From positions 96,001-160,000 of the IMG/VR virus record IMGVR_UViG_3300006750_000002: a stretch of 64,000 bases of DNA. One strand, given 5' to 3'. Below, piece after piece: positions 1 to 10,280 of the stretch (position 1 is the stretch's first letter; every line of letters starts with the position of its first letter). A program made the position numbers and the translations under genes. Origin of the DNA: a virus. The notes below the pieces were generated by a model. The model was not told where the DNA came from. It saw only the letters and a list, made by a program, of their open reading frames with translations, and searched no databases.

Positions 1-8
1 TTAGACTC

Positions 9-3000
9 ATGGATGCGAAGTACTGTCAGGATAAAGAGCCATTTATTGGGGGACTTTGTGACACCTCACCATCCGTAGATAGTAAATGTTGGAGACTATG
101 TGATAGTGAAAATTCTGGAGCAGGGTTGACCAGTGGTGGTAGAAAAGGGGAAAGTAAAGAAAGGGTATTAAGAAAATACAGTCCTTTCTTCTCTAATTAT
201 CTAGACCCATGTGACCCCGAAATAGCCCCACCTGATGATGATTGTGGTTGTGAGAATGTAGCGGAGAAGAATCTAGATTTAGATTTTTACCTAATTGAAC
301 CTTCAGGTACTCCACCCTCCGTTTTAAATTTTGTTATGGCTGAGGAGTTTGGCAATTCGGAATGGACCACCTCATTAACTGCTGCGGGAAGAGACACCCA
401 AATCTACAAAGCTGAAATTAATGTGTGTAATTTAGGGGATAAGTTTACACATTATTTTAGAGTATACCATTTGGAAGGAGCGGTTCCAGGGGAGCACGGA
501 GAGACTACCTACGGTGACTACAAGATTGATTTTAACGTAAACCCAAACTGTAACATAGAATTTTATTACGCCGTTACAAGAAGTGATACAAGACTTTATA
601 TGCATATCCCCCCAGCTACTATGGTCAACGCCACTATAGAAATAGTAAACAACCCCCTCGTCGGTAGTAACATATTAAGTGACAACATCGATGCTAGTGA
701 CGGCATTAATGGTTTAACATCACTAACCTTCCGATTAGGGTCACAGGGGAGTAGTGACCCATTCATATACCATCTTTTTAGGGCACCAGACAGCAATCAC
801 TTAACAGATAATGGTGCCAACTTGAGTCAGGGAGACATAACCCCTCGGGACCGTTATTGGGGGTTATGTACTACAACTGAGTATAAGTTCCGGAATGTCA
901 CTTGTATGTATGGGGCTTTAAGTGATGTAGAACTAAACAGTATAGTGGGTGAGACAATAGATGGAACATCTGATTATAGGTTTAATTGGGAAATGGAGCT
1001 CTCTTGTGAAGGAAACGAGACCACAAACTTAACATTTACAGTTAACCTAATACCAGATGCAGAACAGAGTGGACGAGGTGGTAATGTTAGGGACATTGGC
1101 AACTCCATTATAGGCACACCACTCCAACCAGGTGTCGGGGGTAAGAGTCTCAGTGTCGGGGGAGTCTCCCAACCAATGCCTCCTACACGTAAGAGGTTAT
1201 ACACCACTTACAACGCACCGTTTTCTAACGTAGGTGGAGGGACCGACATGTCCTCCCCTATTATAAATCAAAACGAAAGTGCTGCGGAAAAAACAATCTC
1301 CATTTCTAATATTCAAAATAGTGGTAACTTAACTAGGATACCTATAAGTGAAACCATAACAGACATTAACAAAGACATTGATATTGACAATTATAAAGTA
1401 ATTAGTAGTGAAATGTTTATTGTCCGTAACACCAACCCATTACAAAAAAATAGAGTTGTTAATTATAATTTCCCTCAATTTGTGATAGATTTGAAAGATG
1501 GGAGAACCTATGAAACTTTCATAGATAATGGCATAAAGAGAGTTAAATTAACTTGGTTAGATGATTTTACTAAAAACAGTAAAAGTAAAATTAATATAGA
1601 ATTTATTAGTAAAGAAAATAAAAAGAGGTTTGAACAAGATTTAAAACTTAAGAATATTGGGCAGGGGGTAGAGTTTTTACCTCATTACACACCTCAAAAT
1701 ACACGACCACAATCCACCGTTGGGAAGACTACATTTGTTGACTTAAGAGATTGGGCTACGAGAAGTTTAGGTAATGTGGATGATTTTTCTAATTCACGCA
1801 TCATATATGGTAGTGATAACTTGGTAAAAAGATTTGAAATAGGACCAACATTTACAACACACCTCGCCAATTCACAATATAAGGTTGGGTTGGTACCTAT
1901 AGGTGACCCCAAGACAGAGTTTTTAGTTTCGACTATGGGTTCGTTTGACGACTATTTAAAAAACCAAACAGGAACTACTAGTAGTGCGATTACCATAACA
2001 TTAAGTGGGGTAAGTGGATACTATTCGGGGTATACTAATTTAAGTGGGTATACTAATAACGAAGGTTTAAATTTAAGCCCTGACTTTGTTTTCGATATTT
2101 CATTATTAGACAATAAAATGTCATTACGTTCAGGGATAGCTCTTTCTGACCCTACTTTTTCTGAAACACGACAAGTGGATGGTATAATATCTGGTGATTT
2201 TAAGTTAATTGGTGACCGTAGAAACTTACGTCCAGCTATTCCCACAGGATTATTAAATGAGGACGACCAATTATTTTTATTACCTCGAGAAGATGTGGCC
2301 ACGGGAGGGAACTATTTCTCTTATAAAGTACCTAAAACACAAAAGTATAGGGTACAATATAAGAGCTGTATTAATTTTGAATATTTTGATGAGGGGTGGT
2401 GCACATATTTAGACACGTTTAGAACACAAAGTAATAATCTTTTTCCTGTAAATGATTATGATTTTAAACAACTTATAAATTCTAGTATTATATACGCGGG
2501 TGGAAGCCTAACCGCACCAAATGATTTCAATGAAGGCAATGTGGTTAATGATTCATACGCCTCATTAGGTATAACAAATAAGTTATGTCCTATTTTTGGT
2601 TATAACCCCAATAATGGAATTAAAGATTTTTACATTAATGTTTATGTGGAGAGACAACTGTCAGGAACAACCGCTACTACGGTGATTGGTAATTACATTA
2701 TAGGTAATAACTCAACACAATACCCTAACGCTAATGATTACCTCACCCTACCTTTAAACCAATCAGATAAGTTCACTAATCTTTACGAATGTTCTGGATT
2801 AACTTCCACGACTAAAATATTTGAAAAGAAATTCATACCATATATTGATACTGGATGTATTGAATTGAATAAAGATGATGAGATTAGATTAAGGATAAAT
2901 TTGGAATGGGAAAATACCACTAAAAATAATAGTATATTAACAAGTAGTGGTCTTACAGCGTCCACCATCTCCTTAAAAGTGGGGACAGATTATGACCCTA

Positions 3001-3959
3001 TTACACCAGAAAGGCCATGGTTCAGGGTTATTAATAAAGAATGTAATGTAGGTGAGGGTAACGCTTATTTATATTGGCAAGCTAATGAAACTGGACCTGT
3101 TTCAGGTGAATTATTTTCTAATGGGACCAGAGTACCACCTACCGAGGGAAGTGAGGTAGGTAAACTAATCTTCGTGACCAAAGGAGACGTATTGGGTTAC
3201 ATAACCCCAAATATTCGTGTTAACAACTTACAAAATTTAAATTATTTTGACACACCAGATGTTAAAAACTACAGTGGTAATTTAAAGTTAATACCTACGA
3301 GTAAGAAGACTAATAGGTGGGTAGAAAGTTTAGAGAAAAATAGAATAAAGGATTTTAGAATAAATTCATCTAAAGTATTAAATGTAGATAAAGATATGGA
3401 GATTCTGTGGAATGTACCTGTTCCAGTACAAGATAATGTTGAAAGCATTAGTTTAGACGACCCACAATACACCTATATGGTAGAGTCCAGAGTTAAGGTA
3501 AAAGGAACGACAAATACCTTTACCATTCTCAATACTTATAAGCCTGAAATTAAATCAGACACTATTAAAGATATTAAAGTAAACTCTTCTGGGTTAGTCG
3601 CACCAGAAAGCATTACATATACTTCTTCAAGACCTTTAGAAGAGAGAACTATAGGCTTTGAAAACAGTAATACTATAATTAGAGAAAGAGTGGTAGCGAT
3701 AGAGAGTGTGATATATGATAAAAATACCCCAACTGCTGATAACGAAAGGACACAATACTGTAAATGTGGTGATTCTTCTTATATAGCGGTACCTTCTGAT
3801 AGCACGGTAGGGTGTAATAGATGGTGTTGTGTTAATAGTTACCAGAATTCCACATATTATCCATGTGGGGAAAAAACAATAAATGAATGGGCGGAGGGCC
3901 TAAATCTTACACGAGTAGTGATGCCTGCACCCACAAATGGAATAATAAGAAGATTATAA
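9..3959 (+). CDS. Very large Cys/Gly/Thr-rich putative virion structural (tail/baseplate-region) protein; probably 5'-truncated by the window edge
   Basis: 1316-aa ORF whose frame stays open upstream of the ATG at 9. Beta-rich G/S/T/N composition with Cys clusters at both ends; first of a tightly packed run of giant same-strand ORFs. Function inferred from context only. Confidence 0.55.
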   Translation: MDAKYCQDKEPFIGGLCDTSPSVDSKCWRLCDSENSGAGLTSGGRKGESKERVLRKYSPFFSNYLDPCDPEIAPPDDDCGCENVAEKNLDLDFYLIEPSGTPPSVLNFVMAEEFGNSEWTTSLTAAGRDTQIYKAEINVCNLGDKFTHYFRVYHLEGAVPGEHGETTYGDYKIDFNVNPNCNIEFYYAVTRSDTRLYMHIPPATMVNATIEIVNNPLVGSNILSDNIDASDGINGLTSLTFRLGSQGSSDPFIYHLFRAPDSNHLTDNGANLSQGDITPRDRYWGLCTTTEYKFRNVTCMYGALSDVELNSIVGETIDGTSDYRFNWEMELSCEGNETTNLTFTVNLIPDAEQSGRGGNVRDIGNSIIGTPLQPGVGGKSLSVGGVSQPMPPTRKRLYTTYNAPFSNVGGGTDMSSPIINQNESAAEKTISISNIQNSGNLTRIPISETITDINKDIDIDNYKVISSEMFIVRNTNPLQKNRVVNYNFPQFVIDLKDGRTYETFIDNGIKRVKLTWLDDFTKNSKSKINIEFISKENKKRFEQDLKLKNIGQGVEFLPHYTPQNTRPQSTVGKTTFVDLRDWATRSLGNVDDFSNSRIIYGSDNLVKRFEIGPTFTTHLANSQYKVGLVPIGDPKTEFLVSTMGSFDDYLKNQTGTTSSAITITLSGVSGYYSGYTNLSGYTNNEGLNLSPDFVFDISLLDNKMSLRSGIALSDPTFSETRQVDGIISGDFKLIGDRRNLRPAIPTGLLNEDDQLFLLPREDVATGGNYFSYKVPKTQKYRVQYKSCINFEYFDEGWCTYLDTFRTQSNNLFPVNDYDFKQLINSSIIYAGGSLTAPNDFNEGNVVNDSYASLGITNKLCPIFGYNPNNGIKDFYINVYVERQLSGTTATTVIGNYIIGNNSTQYPNANDYLTLPLNQSDKFTNLYECSGLTSTTKIFEKKFIPYIDTGCIELNKDDEIRLRINLEWENTTKNNSILTSSGLTASTISLKVGTDYDPITPERPWFRVINKECNVGEGNAYLYWQANETGPVSGELFSNGTRVPPTEGSEVGKLIFVTKGDVLGYITPNIRVNNLQNLNYFDTPDVKNYSGNLKLIPTSKKTNRWVESLEKNRIKDFRINSSKVLNVDKDMEILWNVPVPVQDNVESISLDDPQYTYMVESRVKVKGTTNTFTILNTYKPEIKSDTIKDIKVNSSGLVAPESITYTSSRPLEERTIGFENSNTIIRERVVAIESVIYDKNTPTADNERTQYCKCGDSSYIAVPSDSTVGCNRWCCVNSYQNSTYYPCGEKTINEWAEGLNLTRVVMPAPTNGIIRRL

Positions 3960-3960
3960 C

Positions 3961-6900
3961 ATGGGTACTTATTTTACTAATGATTTTGAATTAAATAAAT
4001 GTAGTAGTCCCGGCTATCCTTTTTTAGTGGGCTGGGACCAAACTAACACAGTAGAAAACGCGGTATCAAGTTGCAATGGTTCGATAACTAATCTTACTTT
4101 TTCAGGAGGTACTCCTCCTTATAGTTTTAAGTTAACGTATCCTGATATTGTTGTGGGACCACCAAAAACGGGAATCACCACTAATTTTGTGGGATTATGT
4201 GCTGGTCAATATACAGCACAAACAACTGATTCTTTATATTCTTCTACCACTAGTTTCATAACAATTTTACCTTTAACTGCGGGAACATTAACCGCTGGTG
4301 TGGTGGACACTAGTTGTGAGTCTAACATAAATGATTTTTGTACTATAGAGGTTAGTGGGTTCACACACTCATCTGATAATTTTACCTATCTTTTATATAA
4401 GGACAATAATCTTTATAATACCTACCAAGGAAGTAATGGGGAAGAAAATCACGTATTTTCTAATCTTACTCATGGTAACTATACTTTAACCGCGTATGAT
4501 GGGAATAGTGCGTCCTACTCAAGCCAAAAGACAGAGTTATGTACTTGTTTAAATGGGTACACCTTAGACTCATCTAATGTATTTGGATATACGGGACTTT
4601 CCACCACTAATATTGCAGAAGAATGGAGGCAATATAACTTATTTAATGACTATAAAATTATATTTAGAACCGTTTTGGGACCACACTTACTGCCTCCATT
4701 TAATACTAATCCAAACAATATTGTTTTTGAGTCTGGAATAGACCCAGATGGCACAATAAGGGTAGATGACCCTTATTGTTGGTTATACACGGGAAAAACG
4801 TCAACAAGGAAAACTGAAAATACTGTAGATTGGTATTTGGGAGCTTACAATTTGACTATGGAAGATGGTGACGATGTAGGTCCAGCGGGATATAGTCTAG
4901 CTGCGGATGTTGGAACATTTTACTACAACACCACCATAAACAAATTTGTAATTAACTGGAGGCCGTTCCTAACTCCTAACACTTGGATAACCATAAACGC
5001 TACCACTAATAGGGGTCAAAATGTTTTCCCTATTTCTAGTAGTGTGGGTCTTACAGGGGCAACTGCATATAACTCGATAGCTCTCGGAACTGTTAATGAA
5101 GTAGGGTATACCGTTACGGGTAGTACAATGGACGCGATTCAATGGGACCACATCGCTATGGGAGACGATACTTTAGAGCTGACGAACCCATGGCCTTTTA
5201 CCAATAGTAATATACCCATGTTATTTGCTAGTACGTGTAAGTATATGAATTACGTACATGAATTGTCTTTAGGGTCTTCCTTCGCTGATGACGACACTAT
5301 AGGTGTTATATTAGCTACTTTTATCGATAGTGATGGTTTATATGGTCCAAAAGGAACACCACACCAATTAACCCTACACTTTAATACTACGAGTACGGAC
5401 GGTGATAATGTAACTATTGAGTATAATTCCCAAGGAAATTCATCATATGCGTTTTCAATAGATGGTAGACAAACTACAAATTGTGGTTATGAGACCAAGA
5501 TGGGGTGTAGTACTGTCACGGGCATCACCCCTATAACGGGAATTAGTACCACTATATTAAGTAATAATATAGATAAATCTCCATTTAGTTATGGTAATTA
5601 TGATGGACAAGGTACGCCATATGTGAGAATAGAACGTTCTGGCAATTTGGGAGAAAAGTTTAATATCCAAATGACAGACACTATCACTAGTGTAAAAGTG
5701 GGGACCCCACAGACCTTTAATAGTGACTATGAGATAAACTTTAATTTATTAGATAAAAGTACCTGGGTCGGTAATGGTAGAAATGCTGCTTACTACGCGA
5801 ATGAAAAAGATTTATATAAGTTTCTAGGTTCCCAGAGTGTTGGGTATCACCAGGCTTCACAACCGGACTGTTATTTTTATAATATAAACTTTACAGGTAC
5901 CCAGAGTAATTATTTATTTAAGGATTTAAAGTTTGGTGGGAGTAGTACTTTACAATTTCCTTTAGGTAACCCAAACCTACAAGGGGTAGAAGCTTCTAAC
6001 AATCGGGAACTTAACTTTTATGCGTCATTGAGTGGTGGTGGGAACATTGGGGACCCCACGGTACCTAAAGTAAGTCCCCAAGCTAGTGTTAGGTTACAAA
6101 CCACCGAAATTCCTCTTATGACGACCACTGGGGGGACTAAGATTAGTGCGACAACAGACACATATGTTCTTTACAACCCACAAAGTTTTGTTAATAACCA
6201 AGTAGAGCCGTGTACAGAGTTTAATTTTACGTGGACTAAAAACACTACTGACCTTATTAATGGTAATATGGTCCCATATTATTCCGTACACCCTTATATT
6301 CCAGAACAAAAAGCTTTTTCTATGACGCCCTCGTTCACTAGGGTATTCGACAACCCTATGGGGAGGAAATTAATACTAACCTCAAATAACCAGGTAATTG
6401 GTGAAGGGGTAGAAGCAACTGACTGTATTAGATTGGGTAGTTTAGGTGAGGGTTCAGAATTCATTATAAAACCTAATTATATATTTAAAAATAAATTAAA
6501 TGATTTAAACTGTACCTCATGTAATTGTACAGCACCTCCTATAAGTGGGACTACAAAAGAAATTACAAATACGGAAGTGTGGTACGATACTTTTGACCCC
6601 CGTCCTGACCTAAAGATAGTAGGTAACGAAGATTCTACTGGCATATTTAGTTGGAATTGTGATGGTAAAATTAACACCAGAGATTATGGTTTGTATGATA
6701 GTACCACTGATTTTTACTTCTTAAAAGTCCCAGAAATAGGGACGGTGGATTTGGAAACTAATGATATTAGGTACGCTACTAATGATTCGTGTGGAAACCT
6801 ATATACCCAACAAGTAGAGGTACAAGAAGTATTTAATTCTGGGGGTACCAACATATTTAGTGGGACCACCACCTTACCTATTGTTATTTCAGGTACTCCG

Positions 6901-7761
6901 TTCACAATAACTTTAAATTTTGTAGGTAATGGTCCTCTCCAGGTGACCTTAAATGGTTTAACGTTATTCGCGTCTCAGGCTGAAGATTTATCGGACGGCG
7001 GGGACTATTATTTTGATGGGAACTCACAAGTTAAATTTAGGGTGGATACAGTACAACCTGACGATGTAATTAATATCATATACACCCCTGGAAGTTTTTC
7101 TAGGTCTTATTATTACGATAGTTATATTGTTCCCGCTACTATACCTATTGTTAGTGGTGGTACTAGTGCGGGGGGAAATGTTCTTTATACTAATGGGTAT
7201 TATTATTATTTACGTACCACACACACACCCTTAGGTGATATAGGGTTAACACTCAATGGAACAGTCTTATCACCTAATAGTGATTATACTTTAATAAGTG
7301 ATAATGTCGTACAATTTACAGGACTCCAATATCCTGGAGGTTTAACTGAGAATGATTTAATAGGGCAATTTTATTTTACCCATTTTAACTTACTAGGTGT
7401 CTCGGGAGTTAGGAACCCGAAAATCACTGTCATTGCACCTAGAAGTGCTTACTACACTTATGAGTTATTACTAGTTGTTAGAAACTCGGCAGACAGTATA
7501 GTTTATACTGAAACCCAAACCTGCCCACCACAGACGAGTGTCGACAAAATACCTCTAATGAAAACTTTTACCGTACAAACACCAGCACCTGGTGAGTTTA
7601 GTTATAATATAGTGACAACGAGTATATATACTTTAATAAATGGCGACACTATTAGTAACTCCGTAACTTCGAAAACCTATAACTTTTCTATTACTCCAGC
7701 TATATTTTATGATGAAAGTAAGAGAACACCAATAAACAGAACAACAAGTAGTGGGTATTAA
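3961..7761 (+). CDS. Large virion structural protein with N-terminal SprB-like repeats
   Basis: N-terminal motifs CNGSITNLTFSGGTPPYSF, GLCAGQYTAQTTD and FSNLTHGNYTLTAYD resemble SprB-type repeats. Two C-terminal V/LTLNG...DY modules are typical of phage tail/baseplate proteins. Confidence 0.6.
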   Translation: MGTYFTNDFELNKCSSPGYPFLVGWDQTNTVENAVSSCNGSITNLTFSGGTPPYSFKLTYPDIVVGPPKTGITTNFVGLCAGQYTAQTTDSLYSSTTSFITILPLTAGTLTAGVVDTSCESNINDFCTIEVSGFTHSSDNFTYLLYKDNNLYNTYQGSNGEENHVFSNLTHGNYTLTAYDGNSASYSSQKTELCTCLNGYTLDSSNVFGYTGLSTTNIAEEWRQYNLFNDYKIIFRTVLGPHLLPPFNTNPNNIVFESGIDPDGTIRVDDPYCWLYTGKTSTRKTENTVDWYLGAYNLTMEDGDDVGPAGYSLAADVGTFYYNTTINKFVINWRPFLTPNTWITINATTNRGQNVFPISSSVGLTGATAYNSIALGTVNEVGYTVTGSTMDAIQWDHIAMGDDTLELTNPWPFTNSNIPMLFASTCKYMNYVHELSLGSSFADDDTIGVILATFIDSDGLYGPKGTPHQLTLHFNTTSTDGDNVTIEYNSQGNSSYAFSIDGRQTTNCGYETKMGCSTVTGITPITGISTTILSNNIDKSPFSYGNYDGQGTPYVRIERSGNLGEKFNIQMTDTITSVKVGTPQTFNSDYEINFNLLDKSTWVGNGRNAAYYANEKDLYKFLGSQSVGYHQASQPDCYFYNINFTGTQSNYLFKDLKFGGSSTLQFPLGNPNLQGVEASNNRELNFYASLSGGGNIGDPTVPKVSPQASVRLQTTEIPLMTTTGGTKISATTDTYVLYNPQSFVNNQVEPCTEFNFTWTKNTTDLINGNMVPYYSVHPYIPEQKAFSMTPSFTRVFDNPMGRKLILTSNNQVIGEGVEATDCIRLGSLGEGSEFIIKPNYIFKNKLNDLNCTSCNCTAPPISGTTKEITNTEVWYDTFDPRPDLKIVGNEDSTGIFSWNCDGKINTRDYGLYDSTTDFYFLKVPEIGTVDLETNDIRYATNDSCGNLYTQQVEVQEVFNSGGTNIFSGTTTLPIVISGTPFTITLNFVGNGPLQVTLNGLTLFASQAEDLSDGGDYYFDGNSQVKFRVDTVQPDDVINIIYTPGSFSRSYYYDSYIVPATIPIVSGGTSAGGNVLYTNGYYYYLRTTHTPLGDIGLTLNGTVLSPNSDYTLISDNVVQFTGLQYPGGLTENDLIGQFYFTHFNLLGVSGVRNPKITVIAPRSAYYTYELLLVVRNSADSIVYTETQTCPPQTSVDKIPLMKTFTVQTPAPGEFSYNIVTTSIYTLINGDTISNSVTSKTYNFSITPAIFYDESKRTPINRTTSSGY

Positions 7762-7782
7762 CATTAAAACCACTAACATTAA

Positions 7783-7790
7783 TATTTATA
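7783..7790 (+). promoter_or_regulatory. TATTTATA putative phage late-promoter motif
   Basis: 12 nt upstream of the ATG at 7803; the same 8-mer precedes many genes on both strands. Confidence 0.6.
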
Positions 7791-7802
7791 AATAAAAAAA
7801 CA

Positions 7803-10268
7803 ATGGGAACAGGATATATGTCAAAAACAGGGAGTAGCGGTCTAATAGCGGTGAGACTGACTGACGCTGGAAGAAAAAAACTATCACAAGGTCAATTATC
7901 GTTGACCAAATTCCAATTAGGGGACAGTGAATTTTGCTATAATTGTTATACTCAAGTATTAACACAATCTAACGGAATTTTCATTATAGAACCTAAATGG
8001 AACGCACAAAACATATCTAACATATCGTACGAGTTAAATAAAATGAATGTTAAGTATCCCATTCCTTTAGTGGATGTTAGTTCAGCTCAAACCTATGGTG
8101 TATTACAACCCCAACCAACCGAAAACCCTGTTTTTAATACTGCAAGACCTAGAGGGTTTTTCTCGGGCAGCACTAATACTTCATATTCAGCTATGACCAC
8201 TTCTGAATACATCTATGGGTCTAATTGGTGTTTACCATTTTCAGGACTAACTGGGACAAGTCAGATGTTATTGGTCAGTGGAGGGTGTAACTCCTTTAAT
8301 TATACCCCAACAATAGGTGACTTGGTTATGGTACAGTATTTTGGGCCTTATCAGGACACTGTCGCAAATTGTAACAGCACCTCTATTAATATACCTCAAA
8401 ATAATCCAGTACCTTATTTATTTTATAATGTGGTTGCGGCTACTACAGATTTAACTGGTGGTACTGTAATTACCAGTGCAAATACAGAGGCAACAATTTT
8501 GGTAAGTGTAGATAGGAATATACCAGATTTTAGTATGTACTCAGACAATGGATTATGTGCTAATATTATCATATACCCACAAGGTAATATGTTAAACTTT
8601 TATGGGGCAGACACCCCCATACCATACTGGTCTCCAGGTTCACTTTCTTTTGATAATAACTGTGATGTTTCAGTAAAAGATGTGGCGGTTTGGAATATGA
8701 ACGTTAACTGGACACAATACTATGACAATAATTTAAATTGGGCAACTGTCGCTGGCACCAACAATACTGTTTATGGGGACGTTGACACATATGGTTCTAG
8801 TGGTTATTGTGGAACTAAGGAATATTTAGGATATAATAATTTTGAAGGTCAGTTTGACAGTACTAACATGCCGGACTATTATGGCTCTATACCTGTTTTA
8901 GGTTATTCCCCACAATTCTCAGGGACTTACGTTAGAGATTCATTTGGTAACATACGTAGCATTCTCCCTGAAGACCAAAGATGTATCGCTGTTCTTCACT
9001 ACACTAATGAGACTATTTCTAATTTTTATGGTGAGAAATTCTCTTTATACAAAACAGGTGAGGGTGGAGCGAACGGTGTCGGTGAAATGCAAAATTTTAA
9101 AATACACATGCCAACATTAATGTGGCATAAGAAAAAAGGTGGAAATAGTGGGTCTGGTACTGGCACTGGTTTAGGTAATGAGTGTACTATAGGTCAAACT
9201 TTTTATGTACAACCTCCAGGGTATTCGAATGTTGCTCAAGTACAATACATTGCGTCTACTGTTAATCCAGATATGAATGAACCAGGAATTAGGTATTATC
9301 ATTTATGGGACGATAATTTGGCCGCGACTTCTGGGACAACTGCGGTACCTAATAGAGTGGGTAAAGTATTCCCAGATTTACATATGATAACAATAGACGA
9401 CCAAGAATTAGTAGCGTCCATGAGTTATAAGTCTAATAGAAACTGGACACTACCGATGCCTAAATTAGAGTTAGTAGCGGAAAACACCTCAGTTTGTGTG
9501 GCCCCACCTAGTTGTACTGGAGGTTTCTTTAGTAATGGTGGTGGAATAAGCATCCCGAACAGTGAACAAGTGTGGGTTAGTTATTTAATGGAGAGTAGCT
9601 CTGGATATACTACAGGTCTCCACTGTAATTATTACCCTTCTATTGTTGGGGACACCACGACTGGAGCAAAGGACGTATCAGTCCAGTTTGGGACAGAGTT
9701 CCCTTATTTGAGGGAATATAATAATACTTTATGTGTTCCATTTTCTGGTTCCGGTGTTCAAATAGATAAGTTCAATATTATATATCAAAAGACAGCGTAC
9801 GGTGTACCACCAGACCCAGCTTTATGGTCGATAATAGATATGACATCAAGTATTACGGACCATAGTGTGGGTGACCCAGTTCAAGCTACAGGTCTCACAT
9901 CTACAGTATTCTATTTAACGTGTGATACCCTTCTGAGTGCTACTACATATAATCTTCATGATTATATCAACATACCACTTAATAATGGACAAGAACCGAA
10001 CACATTACAATTTGGTGACGAATACTTTTTCTATGGTAATTTAGAAAGTGATATAACCGCAACTATTTATGAAATGAGATATGGTATTACATTGGCTCCT
10101 GGCCAATTCACAACCTCATTAAATCCAAGTTGGGACGCCAATAATTTAGTAAGGATAACAGAAATTGGGTTATATGATAATACTAGTGATTTGATGGCAA
10201 TTGCAAAACTTAAAAGCCCAACTATAAGGAGTGGAGCTCAAACATTCCAGATAAAAATAGATTTTTAA
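7803..10268 (+). CDS. Tail-collar-fibre-like / baseplate structural protein with a large insertion
   Basis: N-terminal LTDAGRKKLSQGQLSLTKFQLGDSE and C-terminal ITEIGLYDNTSDLMAIAKL match the two halves of the phage tail-collar fibre domain (LT.AG...GD / I.EIGL.D..G.L.A.A), separated by about 700 aa. Confidence 0.6.
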   Translation: MGTGYMSKTGSSGLIAVRLTDAGRKKLSQGQLSLTKFQLGDSEFCYNCYTQVLTQSNGIFIIEPKWNAQNISNISYELNKMNVKYPIPLVDVSSAQTYGVLQPQPTENPVFNTARPRGFFSGSTNTSYSAMTTSEYIYGSNWCLPFSGLTGTSQMLLVSGGCNSFNYTPTIGDLVMVQYFGPYQDTVANCNSTSINIPQNNPVPYLFYNVVAATTDLTGGTVITSANTEATILVSVDRNIPDFSMYSDNGLCANIIIYPQGNMLNFYGADTPIPYWSPGSLSFDNNCDVSVKDVAVWNMNVNWTQYYDNNLNWATVAGTNNTVYGDVDTYGSSGYCGTKEYLGYNNFEGQFDSTNMPDYYGSIPVLGYSPQFSGTYVRDSFGNIRSILPEDQRCIAVLHYTNETISNFYGEKFSLYKTGEGGANGVGEMQNFKIHMPTLMWHKKKGGNSGSGTGTGLGNECTIGQTFYVQPPGYSNVAQVQYIASTVNPDMNEPGIRYYHLWDDNLAATSGTTAVPNRVGKVFPDLHMITIDDQELVASMSYKSNRNWTLPMPKLELVAENTSVCVAPPSCTGGFFSNGGGISIPNSEQVWVSYLMESSSGYTTGLHCNYYPSIVGDTTTGAKDVSVQFGTEFPYLREYNNTLCVPFSGSGVQIDKFNIIYQKTAYGVPPDPALWSIIDMTSSITDHSVGDPVQATGLTSTVFYLTCDTLLSATTYNLHDYINIPLNNGQEPNTLQFGDEYFFYGNLESDITATIYEMRYGITLAPGQFTTSLNPSWDANNLVRITEIGLYDNTSDLMAIAKLKSPTIRSGAQTFQIKIDF

Positions 10269-10280
10269 AACATATAATGG

